Assembly (NCBI GenBank): GCA_965140445.1
Contig: OZ223236.1
Span: 3,650,498-3,714,497, forward strand
Direction: 5' to 3'
DNA from: Candidatus Ozemobacteraceae bacterium
GTDB taxonomy: Bacteria; Muiribacteriota; Ozemobacteria; Ozemobacterales; Ozemobacteraceae
Length of the DNA stretch: 64,000 nucleotides
The stretch's first letter is position 1, and each line of letters begins with the position of its first letter. The notes under the pieces were generated by a model that was not told the DNA's origin, did not search any database, and saw nothing but the letters and a program-made list of their open reading frames with translations. Position numbers and translations under genes: made by a program. Of this stretch, positions 47,617 to 59,331 are shown in pieces.

Positions 47617-48657
47617 TTAGAAGCCTCTTTCGTATGCCGATTTTCCCATAAGACATGCAGGAATAGGAAGATCTGACATCCTCTTTAAACCAGGTGAAGC
47701 TTTTAAAACTATTGGAATCATATTTACAGCCGCTGCCATAGTGCCTTTACCGCCAGGGATTTCAGGGCTAATGCTCATATTTATTTCTGGATCACCAATA
47801 ATTTTTATATAGTCACCAGTTTCAACATTTTCTGTTCCTGGATGAATTTGCTGTGGATGAATCAATTTAATAACCTCTTCACCTTTTCTATAGCCAATTC
47901 CAATGTGTCTACAGCCAGCAACCATACCAGGCTTAACTTTTACAACTGGCGTTTCTCTTTCAGTGTTTGAAATAATAGGCTCACGAGTTTCTTCAATATT
48001 ATCAACTTCTAATCCAATTGCATCTGAAATCATTTTTATTGATTCAGGGAAGCCAATATGCCCAACGATTGAACCATCTTTTAAACCTGCTTCAAACTCC
48101 TCAGGTGTAGATCCTACGCCCTGTGTTTCCATAACCGTTTTTCCAAAAGGAGAAAGGTCATTGATTCTGCTAGCTTCAATTCTCTTTACATTTAAACATG
48201 CACCAGAAAGATTAATAATAAGCTGATCAAGGACAAAACCAGGATTAACACCAGTTCCAAGAAGTGTTACACCATTTTTTACAGCAAGCTCATTAAGTTG
48301 TCTTGCTAATTCAGGCTCTTGCGCTTGCGGGCATGCCATTTCCTCTGCAATAGTAATTACATTAATTCCTTTTTCCAAAACAGTCTTCAGACTGTCAAAA
48401 ACATTTTTAGTAAAAGAGTGAATAGCGTGAAGACAAACATCTACTTTATCTTTATCAAGAATTTCATCAGGGGAGGCATAAATCTTTACGCCAACATTTT
48501 TCCCTAAATTAAGAACTTCACCGACGTCTTTTCCAACGATTTCCTCACGTCTTTCAATAACACCAACAACTTCAATTCCTTCTTTTTCAAGCATGAGTTT
48601 TACCATGCCGCTTCCCATTGCTCCGAAGCCCCATTGAACGACTCTGATTGGTTTCAT
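47617..48657 (-). CDS. ord: 2,4-diaminopentanoate dehydrogenase (DapB-like NAD(P) oxidoreductase)
   Basis: N-terminal Rossmann VVQWGFGAMG. About 346 aa. Synteny with ortAB. Confidence 0.7.
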   Translation of the reverse strand: MKPIRVVQWGFGAMGSGMVKLMLEKEGIEVVGVIERREEIVGKDVGEVLNLGKNVGVKIYASPDEILDKDKVDVCLHAIHSFTKNVFDSLKTVLEKGINVITIAEEMACPQAQEPELARQLNELAVKNGVTLLGTGVNPGFVLDQLIINLSGACLNVKRIEASRINDLSPFGKTVMETQGVGSTPEEFEAGLKDGSIVGHIGFPESIKMISDAIGLEVDNIEETREPIISNTERETPVVKVKPGMVAGCRHIGIGYRKGEEVIKLIHPQQIHPGTENVETGDYIKIIGDPEINMSISPEIPGGKGTMAAAVNMIPIVLKASPGLKRMSDLPIPACLMGKSAYERGF

Positions 48658-48753
48658 AATATCTTCCTTTCCTGATTATTCCTGTGTAATTTTAATACTT
48701 GTTTATAAAACGATGGTAATTATAGCACCATGGCCTTAAAGAGCAAGATTTAT

Positions 48754-49281
48754 TTACCTTTTTTTATCAAGGCAAGGTTCTTTGATAAAGCTACTTTCAG
48801 AAGCATTTTTTTGCATGCTTTGGGAAGAAGTGCTTTCAATGACTTTTACTCCAGAATTTGAATACCAAATTCCTCCCTCGTCTCCTGAATAGGTATATTC
48901 TAGAACCTGAATCTTCATTCCGATCTTAAGAAAGCCATCGTTTTTTTTATGATTGATAAAAATTTTCAAATGATTCAAAGATACCATTTCGTCAACATTT
49001 GAAGCTGGCTTCTCTTTTTTCAAGCTATTTAGATCATTAAATTCTTTAGAAAATTCCTGAGTTACATTTTTTAAAACGACCCAGTAACCGGCAGGAAAAG
49101 TTCTGTCTCCTCCCAAACTCCCACTCATTCCCCATTGGCCGGGCTCAGACCTTTCCTGAACCCAATTTAATGATTCAATTTCTCCAGTTATCTTCGACTG
49201 TTCAACAGGCTCTGTAGGAGCACAATATGCACTAATAGAAAAAATAAGAAAAAACAAGACAAAAGCGACCCTATTTTTCAT
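48754..49281 (-). CDS. Secreted hypothetical protein
   Basis: Signal peptide MKNRVAFVLFFLIFSISAYC. Confidence 0.45.
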   Translation of the reverse strand: MKNRVAFVLFFLIFSISAYCAPTEPVEQSKITGEIESLNWVQERSEPGQWGMSGSLGGDRTFPAGYWVVLKNVTQEFSKEFNDLNSLKKEKPASNVDEMVSLNHLKIFINHKKNDGFLKIGMKIQVLEYTYSGDEGGIWYSNSGVKVIESTSSQSMQKNASESSFIKEPCLDKKR

Positions 49282-49333
49282 AATGATTCCTTAAAAGTTT
49301 AAGTTTAGTGAAAAAGATTCTATAATCATTTAG

Positions 49334-49683
49334 ATGAAGGACTCCAGAAAAATTTTAATCCTAACTGTAATAGCATTATTTGCATTCCCTGAGCTTTTTT
49401 ACCTAATAAACTCTATTGCACTTTCAGCAAATCCAGGTTTGGAAAAACTAAGTCTTTCATTAAGATTTGGTGCATTTTCATTCATATTTGGATCAATTTA
49501 CTATTTAGTTTCTTTACTCTTTTTCTTTTTGTTCGCTTCTAAAGAAAAAACGAAAGCTGATGGAGTAATGGTTGCAGGTCGTTTATTTAAAATAGATGCC
49601 AGCATAAATAATCCATCAAATCATATTGCTGTAGGAACAATTTTGCTATTTGTATCAGTAATTTTTATAGTTGTCGGAGCCCG

Positions 49684-49687
<4 letters not shown>
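49334..49687 (+). CDS. Small membrane protein, hypothetical
   Basis: Three hydrophobic segments. No RBS assessed. Confidence 0.35.
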
Positions 49688-50784
<1,097 letters not shown>

Positions 50785-50908
50785 CTTATCTCCCCAAGTA
50801 TAAACTAACTAATTCTACCACCCTTTTTAATTTATAACCGCATATTTTCAAATTTCAGTTCAAAAATTTTTGCCATCTATGGCAACCAGTAAAGCAATTC
50901 AAGAACTT

Positions 50909-51184
50909 TTACCATTCTTTTTCTTTATCCTTTATAAAAATGAGAATCAAAACTGTTACAAGAAAGCACTGGATTAAAAACCAGGGCCAACTTGAAGTTT
51001 CTGGGGCCATCTCAAAAAAAACAACTAATGCCACAAATGGGAAAAATAGAAAGATTGAGAATACTTGTTCATGAATGAACTTCACTAATCTAATCTTTGA
51101 AAGCCTGGCCTTAAACAAGAGACCAACACATAAACATATGGTTAAAAATACTTCTTCCAAACTAACGCCCTCAATATTTTCCAA
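50909..51184 (-). CDS. Small membrane protein, hypothetical
   Basis: 91 aa with three hydrophobic helices. Overlaps the upstream gene end by 14 nt. Confidence 0.35.
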   Translation of the reverse strand: MENIEGVSLEEVFLTICLCVGLLFKARLSKIRLVKFIHEQVFSIFLFFPFVALVVFFEMAPETSSWPWFLIQCFLVTVLILIFIKDKEKEW

Positions 51185-52832
51185 GATTTAACTTAACAAT
51201 AGCTTTAAGCCTTTCGATGGAAAAAAACTTATCTTCAAATGCAGCCAGGCTAACAAGACGATACAATTCTGAATATTTACCATCATTAAACATGTTTTTG
51301 CCAGTTTGAATTGAATTTCTATATTCGACAGGAACTTTTCTTTTATAATGCCCTACTCTCCAGCCTTTTTTTGAAGAAATTGGAATTCTAGCCAAAAAAG
51401 GATCAGAAAGCCCCATTCGGTCTATAATTAGAGGTTTGGTTCCGGCCCAATATCCAAGCATTCCATTAAAATCGTTTTCTAAATACTTTACTCCTACAGA
51501 TGCAATCTGAGCCCCAATTTGTGACCACTCAAAATCAGGAAAAACCTTGTTTTTATCATTATAAAGATATGCATAAAGCGAACAAACATCAAAATAATAC
51601 CCTCTTTCGTCGGCAATTCCAGAATCCAGGTTAAAGTTTCTATGTTCTAGCCCTGTATTTAGTGGGGTAAAAGGAAAAGTGATAGAAAAAATCGTCAAGA
51701 AAATCAATAAACTGTTTAAACAAAAGTATTTACCGCAAACTTCGCCTGAAAAAAAACTTTTGTAAAAACAAACCAGTGCTATAGCTGCGGCTAAATAAGA
51801 GAATGAAAAAAATCTTCCCCGCATAAAATCACCGCCAACACTCAAAATATACAAAAAATTAAAAACTATCCCTACCGACAAAGCCTTTGAAAAAGCAGTA
51901 TTGGCCTTCCAAAGAAGAAAAATAGCGACAAATGGAATTAGAATAGTGATAGGATCAGCCCTAAAAGTAACAATAAAATATTGAAGGCCTTGATTTACAA
52001 GATCCATACGCGCAATTCCAGTATTCAACTTGGCATAAGCTGTATTGGGAAAAAGGGCACCGTAATACAAAAGAGAAAAACATGACCAGATAAAAGTAGG
52101 AAAAACCGCAACAATGATGGGTTTAATTATACTTTTTCCTGAACTTTTTCTAACAAAAAGCAGGGCTATTAATGGAAAAAAGAAAAGAGAAACCAAATCA
52201 AGCCTGCAAATTGGTAAAAGCGACCATAGGATAATGGCCTTCCAAAAGTCACCATTTGCTCCACCTTCATGGGCACGGGCATCATAGTTAATGGATTTCA
52301 AAATAAAAATTGAACTGATAAGGTAAACCAGGATATTTTCCAATCCCGATGAAGTATAGTCAAAGAATCCATTTGAGACAATAAGCAATAAACCTAGACT
52401 CAGAAAAGCTTTAGGCTTAAAACTATTGTACAAAACAACTAGCAGTATAGAGAATATGACCATTGAAAGAAAAAACTGACCAAAAAAAGCGTCGCTGGTA
52501 AAAAATCTTATAAAAACTAACAATGCAAACCACAGCGGACTTGTAAAGGATTGAACTCTTTGGCCTGAATTCCAGTTAGGACCATTTCCTGCGTGAAATT
52601 GTTCCACACTTCTGAAAATTATGTATGAATCATCGGATACCCAGGCATTTTTAAAAAAAACAAACGAAAGTAAAAGAATTATAAAGCCAACAAGAATGAA
52701 GCTTGTATTCGCATTAATTTTATTTTTTTCAATTTTAGTATTATCCATCAATCCCCCAGATCCTTTAAAAGGTATTGTAACAACTGAATTGAAAAAAACA
52801 AAGTCGAATATTCGGTTGAAATTACTGGACAA
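51171..52832 (-). CDS. Polytopic membrane protein, GT-C-like glycosyltransferase candidate
   Basis: About 12 TM helices with a cytoplasmic/periplasmic C-terminal domain. No definitive motif. Confidence 0.5.
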   Translation of the reverse strand: MSSNFNRIFDFVFFNSVVTIPFKGSGGLMDNTKIEKNKINANTSFILVGFIILLLSFVFFKNAWVSDDSYIIFRSVEQFHAGNGPNWNSGQRVQSFTSPLWFALLVFIRFFTSDAFFGQFFLSMVIFSILLVVLYNSFKPKAFLSLGLLLIVSNGFFDYTSSGLENILVYLISSIFILKSINYDARAHEGGANGDFWKAIILWSLLPICRLDLVSLFFFPLIALLFVRKSSGKSIIKPIIVAVFPTFIWSCFSLLYYGALFPNTAYAKLNTGIARMDLVNQGLQYFIVTFRADPITILIPFVAIFLLWKANTAFSKALSVGIVFNFLYILSVGGDFMRGRFFSFSYLAAAIALVCFYKSFFSGEVCGKYFCLNSLLIFLTIFSITFPFTPLNTGLEHRNFNLDSGIADERGYYFDVCSLYAYLYNDKNKVFPDFEWSQIGAQIASVGVKYLENDFNGMLGYWAGTKPLIIDRMGLSDPFLARIPISSKKGWRVGHYKRKVPVEYRNSIQTGKNMFNDGKYSELYRLVSLAAFEDKFFSIERLKAIVKLNLGKY

Positions 52833-53087
52833 GAAAACAAAAATATATGCTCTATTGTTTGCATATGATTTTTTTGTTAGACAGCCTAAATAAAAGACAA
52901 TATACTAATGGGTAGAAAGATAGAGAGAAACTCGTGAATTCAATCAAGTTAAAATGTCCCTATCAGTCAGAAACACAAAAATTCTGAGAGCATCAAATCA
53001 TAGTAATTTTTAATGCACATCGTTTCCTAAATTGGTTTTTAATGTTTCTTTGTTTGCAAAGACAATAATAAGGATTGTACAAGCCAG

Positions 53088-56000
53088 ATGGAAAATCAAA
53101 AAAAAAGAATACGGCAAAATCATTTTTTGATTCTATTATTCTCTACAATTATTTTTGCTATTTCTGCCTTGGTAAACATACATTTCGCAAAAATAGACGT
53201 TGAAAAAATAGCAATTGAGAGAGGAAGGCAGATTGTAATTGACCAAGCCCACCAGCTTGAAAGGGAGTTTTCGTCCCTCCAAAAATCCTTGCATCTGATT
53301 GCCGCTAATTTTTCCCGATATAGCAACTGGCCGAAGGCAAAACGTCGCGAGACTATTCTAGGATTATTAGAGGTAACTCTTGAAAAGCACGAAATGGCCA
53401 ATGGAATCTTCACCCAATGGGAACCGGGTTTCCCGGACAATCAAACGGCATCAAATGCATTTTTCAGCGATGAATCTGGCGGATTTATTCCATACTGCAT
53501 ACGACTTCCTGATGGAACTGCCTCTTTCACATATCTAACCGATCTGGATAGCCCAAAAGTTTTGGAAGCTTATAATTTTGCTCGACAAACTGGGCAGGAT
53601 TTTCTCATGCCCCCGTATTTTTACCTTATCGGAAAAGAACAGGTTGAGATGACAACAATCGTCACCCCTATACCGGGAGAAATTTTCAGACCTGGCGTTG
53701 TTGGAGCCGATATCTCTCTAAAATCAATCCTGAAAAAAGTTAGCAAACTAAGACTTTTCAAAACTGGTTATGGATATTTGTTATCAAATCAAGCAAAGTT
53801 AATTTCGCATCCAAACCATAGTTTAGTTGGAAAAACTTTGACCGAGGTAAACTCCAGCCTGACAAAAGAGCAGGATGCTGTTATTAAGGGGCAATCTTAT
53901 TATGGTGAGGGAACCTCTATAACAGATAAAGGCAAAAAAGTTTTAAGATTCTTTCAGCCGCTTAAACTTTCTGATACAGAAAACTTCCTTGTCTTAGGTG
54001 CTACCATTCCGATGTCAGAAATTTTAGAGGATATAAAGCCGGTCAAACTTTTCTCCTGGCTAACATTTTTCATTGCTCTGGTTATGGTCGCCGCGGCCTT
54101 TTATTTTGGGGTTTCTTCGACAAATAGCATAAAATCAGCTATTGCGGAAAGAATTGAGCTTGAACTTAGATTCAAAGCTATTTTTAACAGTTCTTTTCAA
54201 TTTATGGGAATTTTGAATCCAGATGGAATACTACTTGAAGCTAATGAAACATCGCTAAATGCAATTGGCGAAAAAAAATCAAACGTAATCGGAAAGCCTT
54301 TTTGGGAAACTCCCTGGTGGCCAAGGGACTCTAAAGCTAAAGAAATTCTAATAGATAGTATTCAAAGGGCTGCAAAAGGGGAAACAATCCGATTTGAAGC
54401 TGCTCACCAAACCAAAACATCAAAACAGCTACTGATGGATTTTTCTTTAAAACCAATATTCGATGAAAATGGAAAGGTTTCTTTAATTATTCCTGAAGGA
54501 CGTGATATAAGCGATTATAAGTCTGCCACAGCAGCTCTGGAAGAAAGCGAGAAAAAATATAGAAGTCTTTTTGAATCTTCCAAGGATGCCATTATGACCA
54601 TACATCCACCAAATTGGAACATTGAGACCGGAAATAAAGCTTTATTGGAAATGTTTGAAATTCCAAACAAAGAACTACTTAAACAACATTCGCCAGCCTC
54701 CCTATCGCCAGAAACTCAACCAGACGGAGCGCTTTCAGCAAATAAATGCCTAAAATACTTAAAGATTGCAAGCGAAACTGGAAGCTGTTTTTTTGAGTGG
54801 GAACACAAAAAATTGAATGGAGCTTGTTTTTCCTGCACAGTTCTTTTAACCAGGGTTGGAACAATAAAAAACCATTTCATTCAAGCCACGCTTCGTGACA
54901 TAAGTGAACAGCTTAAGTCTCAAAAGGAAAGAGAAGAACTTTTAGCGCAACTCAATAGAAAAGAAACCATGGAATCTCTTGGGCAGCTAGCTGGCGGGGT
55001 TGCTCATGACTTGAACAATATGCTTGGTGGAGTAATGGGAGCTACAGAGCTTCTTCAGCTTCACTTAAGTGATAACCCAAAAGCCCAGGAATACATTGAT
55101 ATGATTCTCAAATCCACAGAGCGTGGAGCAGAGCTGATTAAAAATCTACTCGCTTTTGCGAGAAAAGGTAAGTTGATATATTCTCCAGTAAATGTTCACC
55201 TTGCGATACAAGAAGCGGTAAGACTCTTGAACAGAACAATTGATAAGAGAATTAAAATTGAAATCGCTTTGGATTCAGCAAAAAGTATTGTTATTGGTGA
55301 TTTATCACAACTACAAAGCGCTATTTTAAACCTCGGCGTAAATTCAAGTCATGCAATGCCAGACGGGGGAGTTCTTGGATTCTCCACCAGAGAAGTTTTC
55401 CTCGACTCAATTTATTGCGAAGCCAACCCTTTTAAAATTGATCCAGGAAACTATATTGAGATAGAAATACGGGATACAGGCTCTGGGATTCCTCAAGAAA
55501 ATTTAAACAAAATTTTCGAGCCATTTTTCACTACTAAAGAGACAGAAAAAGGCACAGGCTTAGGGTTAGCTGCTGTTCATGGAATGATTGAACAACATAA
55601 GGGAGCCCTTAATGTTTACAGTGAAATAGGCAAAGGAACTGTTTTTCACCTAATGCTTCCTTTAACTGAAGACATGGAACTTTTTTCAAAACCAGAAGAT
55701 GAAGTTGTTATGGGTAAAGGATTGATACTTCTAATTGATGATGAAGAGATGATTAGAGCCACAGCTGCGATTATTTTAAAACGCCTTGGATATGACGTAA
55801 TGCTTGCGAGAGATGGAAAGAAGGGCCTGGAACTTTTTAAATTTAACAAAGAAAAAATAGATCTTGTAATTCTAGACATGGTAATGCCTGAAATGAATGG
55901 TATTACCTGCTTTGAGAAAATAAAGGAAATAGAACCAAAAGCCAAGGTAATAATGTCCTCTGGCTTTTCATCAGACGAAAATGTTGAAGCTTTGCTTGCA

Positions 56001-56561
56001 CAAGGCTTAAATGCCTTCATAAAAAAACCATACACAACAGGACGCTTAAGCAAATCAGTTGCCTCTGTATTGGGGGAAGATAGCACCAAAAAATCCTTAG
56101 AAAAACCAACTGGAAACGATTCGTTGGCTGAAGCCAGAGCTGAAAAGCTAAAGGTTGTTTCAAATAGTAAAAAGATTTTGGTAATGGATGATCAGGAAGT
56201 CATTCAAATGCTCTTAACCAATATGCTTTCTTTCTTTGGATACTCAGCAGAATGTGCTTCAGATGGTGAACAGGCTTTAAACATGTTTAAGCGAGAATCC
56301 ATGACTGATGAACCTTATGCAATGGTAATTACAGATTTAAAAGTATTAAAGGGTATGTCTGGCTATGAATTAGCAGAGAAATTGAGAAGTTTTGACCCAG
56401 ACGTAAAAATTATTGCCGCAAGTGGAGATGAAAATGATCCCATCATGACCGATCCTGTTCACCACGGGTTTGCGGGTAAATTGTCTAAACCATTCTACAC
56501 ACAGGCATTACAGGACGTTCTAAGAGCAAACCTCGGTTCTGATAGTTATTCAGAACCATAA
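53088..56561 (+). CDS. Multi-sensor hybrid histidine kinase (periplasmic Cache-like, PAS x2, HisKA, HATPase, REC x2)
   Basis: H-box GGVAHDLNNMLGGV. G-boxes DTGSGIP/GTGLGLA. Two receiver domains with conserved Asp (LVILDMVMPEMNG, VITDLKVLKGMSG). Confidence 0.85.
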   Translation: MENQKKRIRQNHFLILLFSTIIFAISALVNIHFAKIDVEKIAIERGRQIVIDQAHQLEREFSSLQKSLHLIAANFSRYSNWPKAKRRETILGLLEVTLEKHEMANGIFTQWEPGFPDNQTASNAFFSDESGGFIPYCIRLPDGTASFTYLTDLDSPKVLEAYNFARQTGQDFLMPPYFYLIGKEQVEMTTIVTPIPGEIFRPGVVGADISLKSILKKVSKLRLFKTGYGYLLSNQAKLISHPNHSLVGKTLTEVNSSLTKEQDAVIKGQSYYGEGTSITDKGKKVLRFFQPLKLSDTENFLVLGATIPMSEILEDIKPVKLFSWLTFFIALVMVAAAFYFGVSSTNSIKSAIAERIELELRFKAIFNSSFQFMGILNPDGILLEANETSLNAIGEKKSNVIGKPFWETPWWPRDSKAKEILIDSIQRAAKGETIRFEAAHQTKTSKQLLMDFSLKPIFDENGKVSLIIPEGRDISDYKSATAALEESEKKYRSLFESSKDAIMTIHPPNWNIETGNKALLEMFEIPNKELLKQHSPASLSPETQPDGALSANKCLKYLKIASETGSCFFEWEHKKLNGACFSCTVLLTRVGTIKNHFIQATLRDISEQLKSQKEREELLAQLNRKETMESLGQLAGGVAHDLNNMLGGVMGATELLQLHLSDNPKAQEYIDMILKSTERGAELIKNLLAFARKGKLIYSPVNVHLAIQEAVRLLNRTIDKRIKIEIALDSAKSIVIGDLSQLQSAILNLGVNSSHAMPDGGVLGFSTREVFLDSIYCEANPFKIDPGNYIEIEIRDTGSGIPQENLNKIFEPFFTTKETEKGTGLGLAAVHGMIEQHKGALNVYSEIGKGTVFHLMLPLTEDMELFSKPEDEVVMGKGLILLIDDEEMIRATAAIILKRLGYDVMLARDGKKGLELFKFNKEKIDLVILDMVMPEMNGITCFEKIKEIEPKAKVIMSSGFSSDENVEALLAQGLNAFIKKPYTTGRLSKSVASVLGEDSTKKSLEKPTGNDSLAEARAEKLKVVSNSKKILVMDDQEVIQMLLTNMLSFFGYSAECASDGEQALNMFKRESMTDEPYAMVITDLKVLKGMSGYELAEKLRSFDPDVKIIAASGDENDPIMTDPVHHGFAGKLSKPFYTQALQDVLRANLGSDSYSEP

Positions 56562-56663
56562 CCCCTTGTAAATTTCATAATTATAGCTGGTTTTACGGTT
56601 GCTTTAAGAGATTTAAATCTGATACTGTTAAGACTTATAAAATACAAACTAAACGGAAAAACG

Positions 56664-59108
56664 ATGATTAAGCAACCAGATCTCTTTACCAGAATCTTCA
56701 GGTCTGAAAAAGAAGTTGATTCCAAAAAAAGTAAAATTGAGAATAAACCAAACTTTAATCAATCTTTGCCTGAAAAGAATTTAAACAAAGGTAAGGCAAA
56801 TGAAAATCAGCGGCAATCTTTGCAAAATAGGATAAGCATCCCCTTAAGCGGTTCAAAGATTGAATCCTATGTGGGTTGTCCTAAAAAATTTGAATTTTCG
56901 TTTGTAAGAAAAGTAAAAAGAGATTACTCGATTTCCCACTATTTAGCATTTGATAACAGCTTACATAATAGCTTAAAAGCCTTTTATAAAACTCTTTCTG
57001 CAAATTCCAATGGAGAAAAGAGTTGGCTAATGGATTTATTGAGAAAGAATTGGGATCAGCGAGGTTACCAATCAGTTGAGCATGAACGAGAATATAGGCA
57101 AATAGCAAAATCCAGCCTTGAAAAATACTTTGATTCGCACTGTAAACAAGTTAAAAGTATTCTTGAAATAGACTACTTCTTTAAAACCCGGATTTGTGGG
57201 GCAGATTTTTCAGGAAAAATCGATCGGATAGACAAAAACACAGACGGAAGTTATGAACTGATTGACTATAAAAGCGGAAACTCACCAGCAAATGCAACGG
57301 AAGAACTCAGAAAAAGTTTATCGGTTAGATTGCTTTTTTTAGCAGCTGATCAGATATGGCCTGGCAAAGTGAAAAATATTTCTTTTATTTACCTCAAAGA
57401 AAACCTTACTGTTTCAATTACAAGGCAGATGATCGACTTTGAGAAAACAAGAAGAGAATTGCAGGAAATCTGTAAAGATATTAGCCGAAATCATTTTCCT
57501 GCTAAAAAATCCATGAATTGTTCTTTCTGTGATTTTAAAGGAATGTGCACTATTGGAAAGATTCCAGAAGTTAACCCGACAAGGCTAAAAACCTTTTTAA
57601 CCTGCCCATTAAAATATTCCATGTCCTATGTGGAAAAAGCTACCAAGCTCACAAAAAAAGAGTTTTCACCTGAATTCATTTTGGATCGACCAATGCATGA
57701 AACTATTAACAAGTTTCAAGAAATTAAAGGCTTTCATAATTCGGATAGAATTCACAATGATCTATTGCAAGACTTCTTAAAAAGATTACCAGCAGATATT
57801 CAACCAGACATCCGAGAATCACTAGAGAAAGATGGCTCAACCTGTATTGAAAACCTTTTAAAGCTTTGGAAGCAAAATCCTTCAAAAGTATCTGTTAACT
57901 ATGCCCTTGAAAACCTGGAAAGCGATTTTTTCTTTTCAACCGTAATTGACAGATTAGAGGAAACAGAAACCTCTGTTACCCTGATTGATTTTAAAACAGG
58001 TCAAAAAACTTTAACAACAAGCGAATTGCGTTATGACCCAGTTGTTTCTGCCATATCTCAGGCTGCTCTCAAAAAATGGCCCGGAAAAGATATTTCTTTT
58101 AAAATGATTTTTCTAAGGTCAGGAAGTTCAATAGAAATTCCCATTGAAAAAGAAATGGGAGAATATGGTGAATGCTTGATTCAAGAGCTGATTTCCTGCC
58201 AAAAAACTCAGTCATTTTGTGCCAGAAAAGGGTCTCTTTGCAGTTGGTGTGATTACTTTGATTCTTGCGCTGAATGGAAAGTTAAACCCTATGAAATAGC
58301 AGGAGAAACCCCAGATGAGTATTCTAAACGCTTGAGATTAAGTTACTCAAAAATGAGCCTGTTCCTAAATTGTCCAAGAGCTTATAAAAAGCTTTACATT
58401 GATAGAATTTCTCCTCGACCTCAACCCTTTTTCAGCTTTGGAACAGCGATTCATGAAACATTTGAAGAAGTGTATTCTCCAACTGCGAAGCGAAATTCAA
58501 TTTCATTAGACGAGCTTTTGCAAATCTACGATAGGGTGAGAAAAAAGCATAGAGCTGGCTATGAAACTCCGGAGATGGAAGAAAATTATCGATTAGATGG
58601 AGTTCGGCAATTAACCAATTACTATAATAATTTTATTTGTGGAAAAGCTTTTAAACCTGCATTTTCAATTGAAGACTACTTTGAACTGCCCTGTGGAAAA
58701 AATGCAGTGGTAACGGGGTTTATTGACAGAATAGATAAGCTGGAAGACGGCACTTTTGAAATAGTCGACTATAAAACTGAGCCAACAATGCGAACTCAAA
58801 AAGAAATCGACGAAGATAAGCAGCTTAGTATGTATTATTGGGCCTGCAGAGAAGCTTTTAATCTTGACATCAGCAAGTTATCGCTAATAATGCTGGATCA
58901 CAATGTGAAACTGGAAACATCAAGATCCCCCAGTATAGTCAAAGATCTAATTGAAACCATTGATGGCACAGCTTTACAAATGATAAATGAAAAAGATTTC
59001 TTACCCAAAATAAACAAATATTGCAAAAGTTGTGAACACATATCCGATTGCCCACTGCGAGATGAAATAGAACATGACAGCTCTCTAATTTCCATGCAGA
59101 AATACTAG
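56664..59108 (+). CDS. Protein with three tandem Cas4/AddB-type PD-(D/E)XK nuclease domains, each with a C-x(n)-C-x2-C-x5-C Fe-S-like cysteine set
   Basis: Domain starts GCPKKF, LTCPLKY and LNCPRAYKKLYI. Catalytic IDRID...ELIDYK, IDRLEE...LIDFK and IDRIDK...EIVDYK. Cys clusters NCSFCDFKGMC, CSWCDYFDSC and CKSCEHISDC. Confidence 0.75.
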   Translation: MIKQPDLFTRIFRSEKEVDSKKSKIENKPNFNQSLPEKNLNKGKANENQRQSLQNRISIPLSGSKIESYVGCPKKFEFSFVRKVKRDYSISHYLAFDNSLHNSLKAFYKTLSANSNGEKSWLMDLLRKNWDQRGYQSVEHEREYRQIAKSSLEKYFDSHCKQVKSILEIDYFFKTRICGADFSGKIDRIDKNTDGSYELIDYKSGNSPANATEELRKSLSVRLLFLAADQIWPGKVKNISFIYLKENLTVSITRQMIDFEKTRRELQEICKDISRNHFPAKKSMNCSFCDFKGMCTIGKIPEVNPTRLKTFLTCPLKYSMSYVEKATKLTKKEFSPEFILDRPMHETINKFQEIKGFHNSDRIHNDLLQDFLKRLPADIQPDIRESLEKDGSTCIENLLKLWKQNPSKVSVNYALENLESDFFFSTVIDRLEETETSVTLIDFKTGQKTLTTSELRYDPVVSAISQAALKKWPGKDISFKMIFLRSGSSIEIPIEKEMGEYGECLIQELISCQKTQSFCARKGSLCSWCDYFDSCAEWKVKPYEIAGETPDEYSKRLRLSYSKMSLFLNCPRAYKKLYIDRISPRPQPFFSFGTAIHETFEEVYSPTAKRNSISLDELLQIYDRVRKKHRAGYETPEMEENYRLDGVRQLTNYYNNFICGKAFKPAFSIEDYFELPCGKNAVVTGFIDRIDKLEDGTFEIVDYKTEPTMRTQKEIDEDKQLSMYYWACREAFNLDISKLSLIMLDHNVKLETSRSPSIVKDLIETIDGTALQMINEKDFLPKINKYCKSCEHISDCPLRDEIEHDSSLISMQKY

Positions 59109-59331
59109 TTTCAGCTACCTGTATGTCTTTTAATTCTGGCAAACCTTTGTATGAAGTTTAATTTGATTCGTAAAAATTAGAATTTACCCCCTGGATAACG
59201 CAAAAAGCCTTTTGTTTTAGAGTTTTGCTAAGTTTCTTAAAATTGTATCTATAGAGAAGTATGAAATGAATACTACTAAATTTTATTGAACTTACCGATA
59301 TAAATACAAATTATAGAAATTAGAGATACCT

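Noticed and set aside
59109-59331. A 220-nt intergenic region examined for tRNA/tmRNA.
   Set aside because: AT-rich with no GC-rich acceptor-stem pairing or T-loop GTTC motif.
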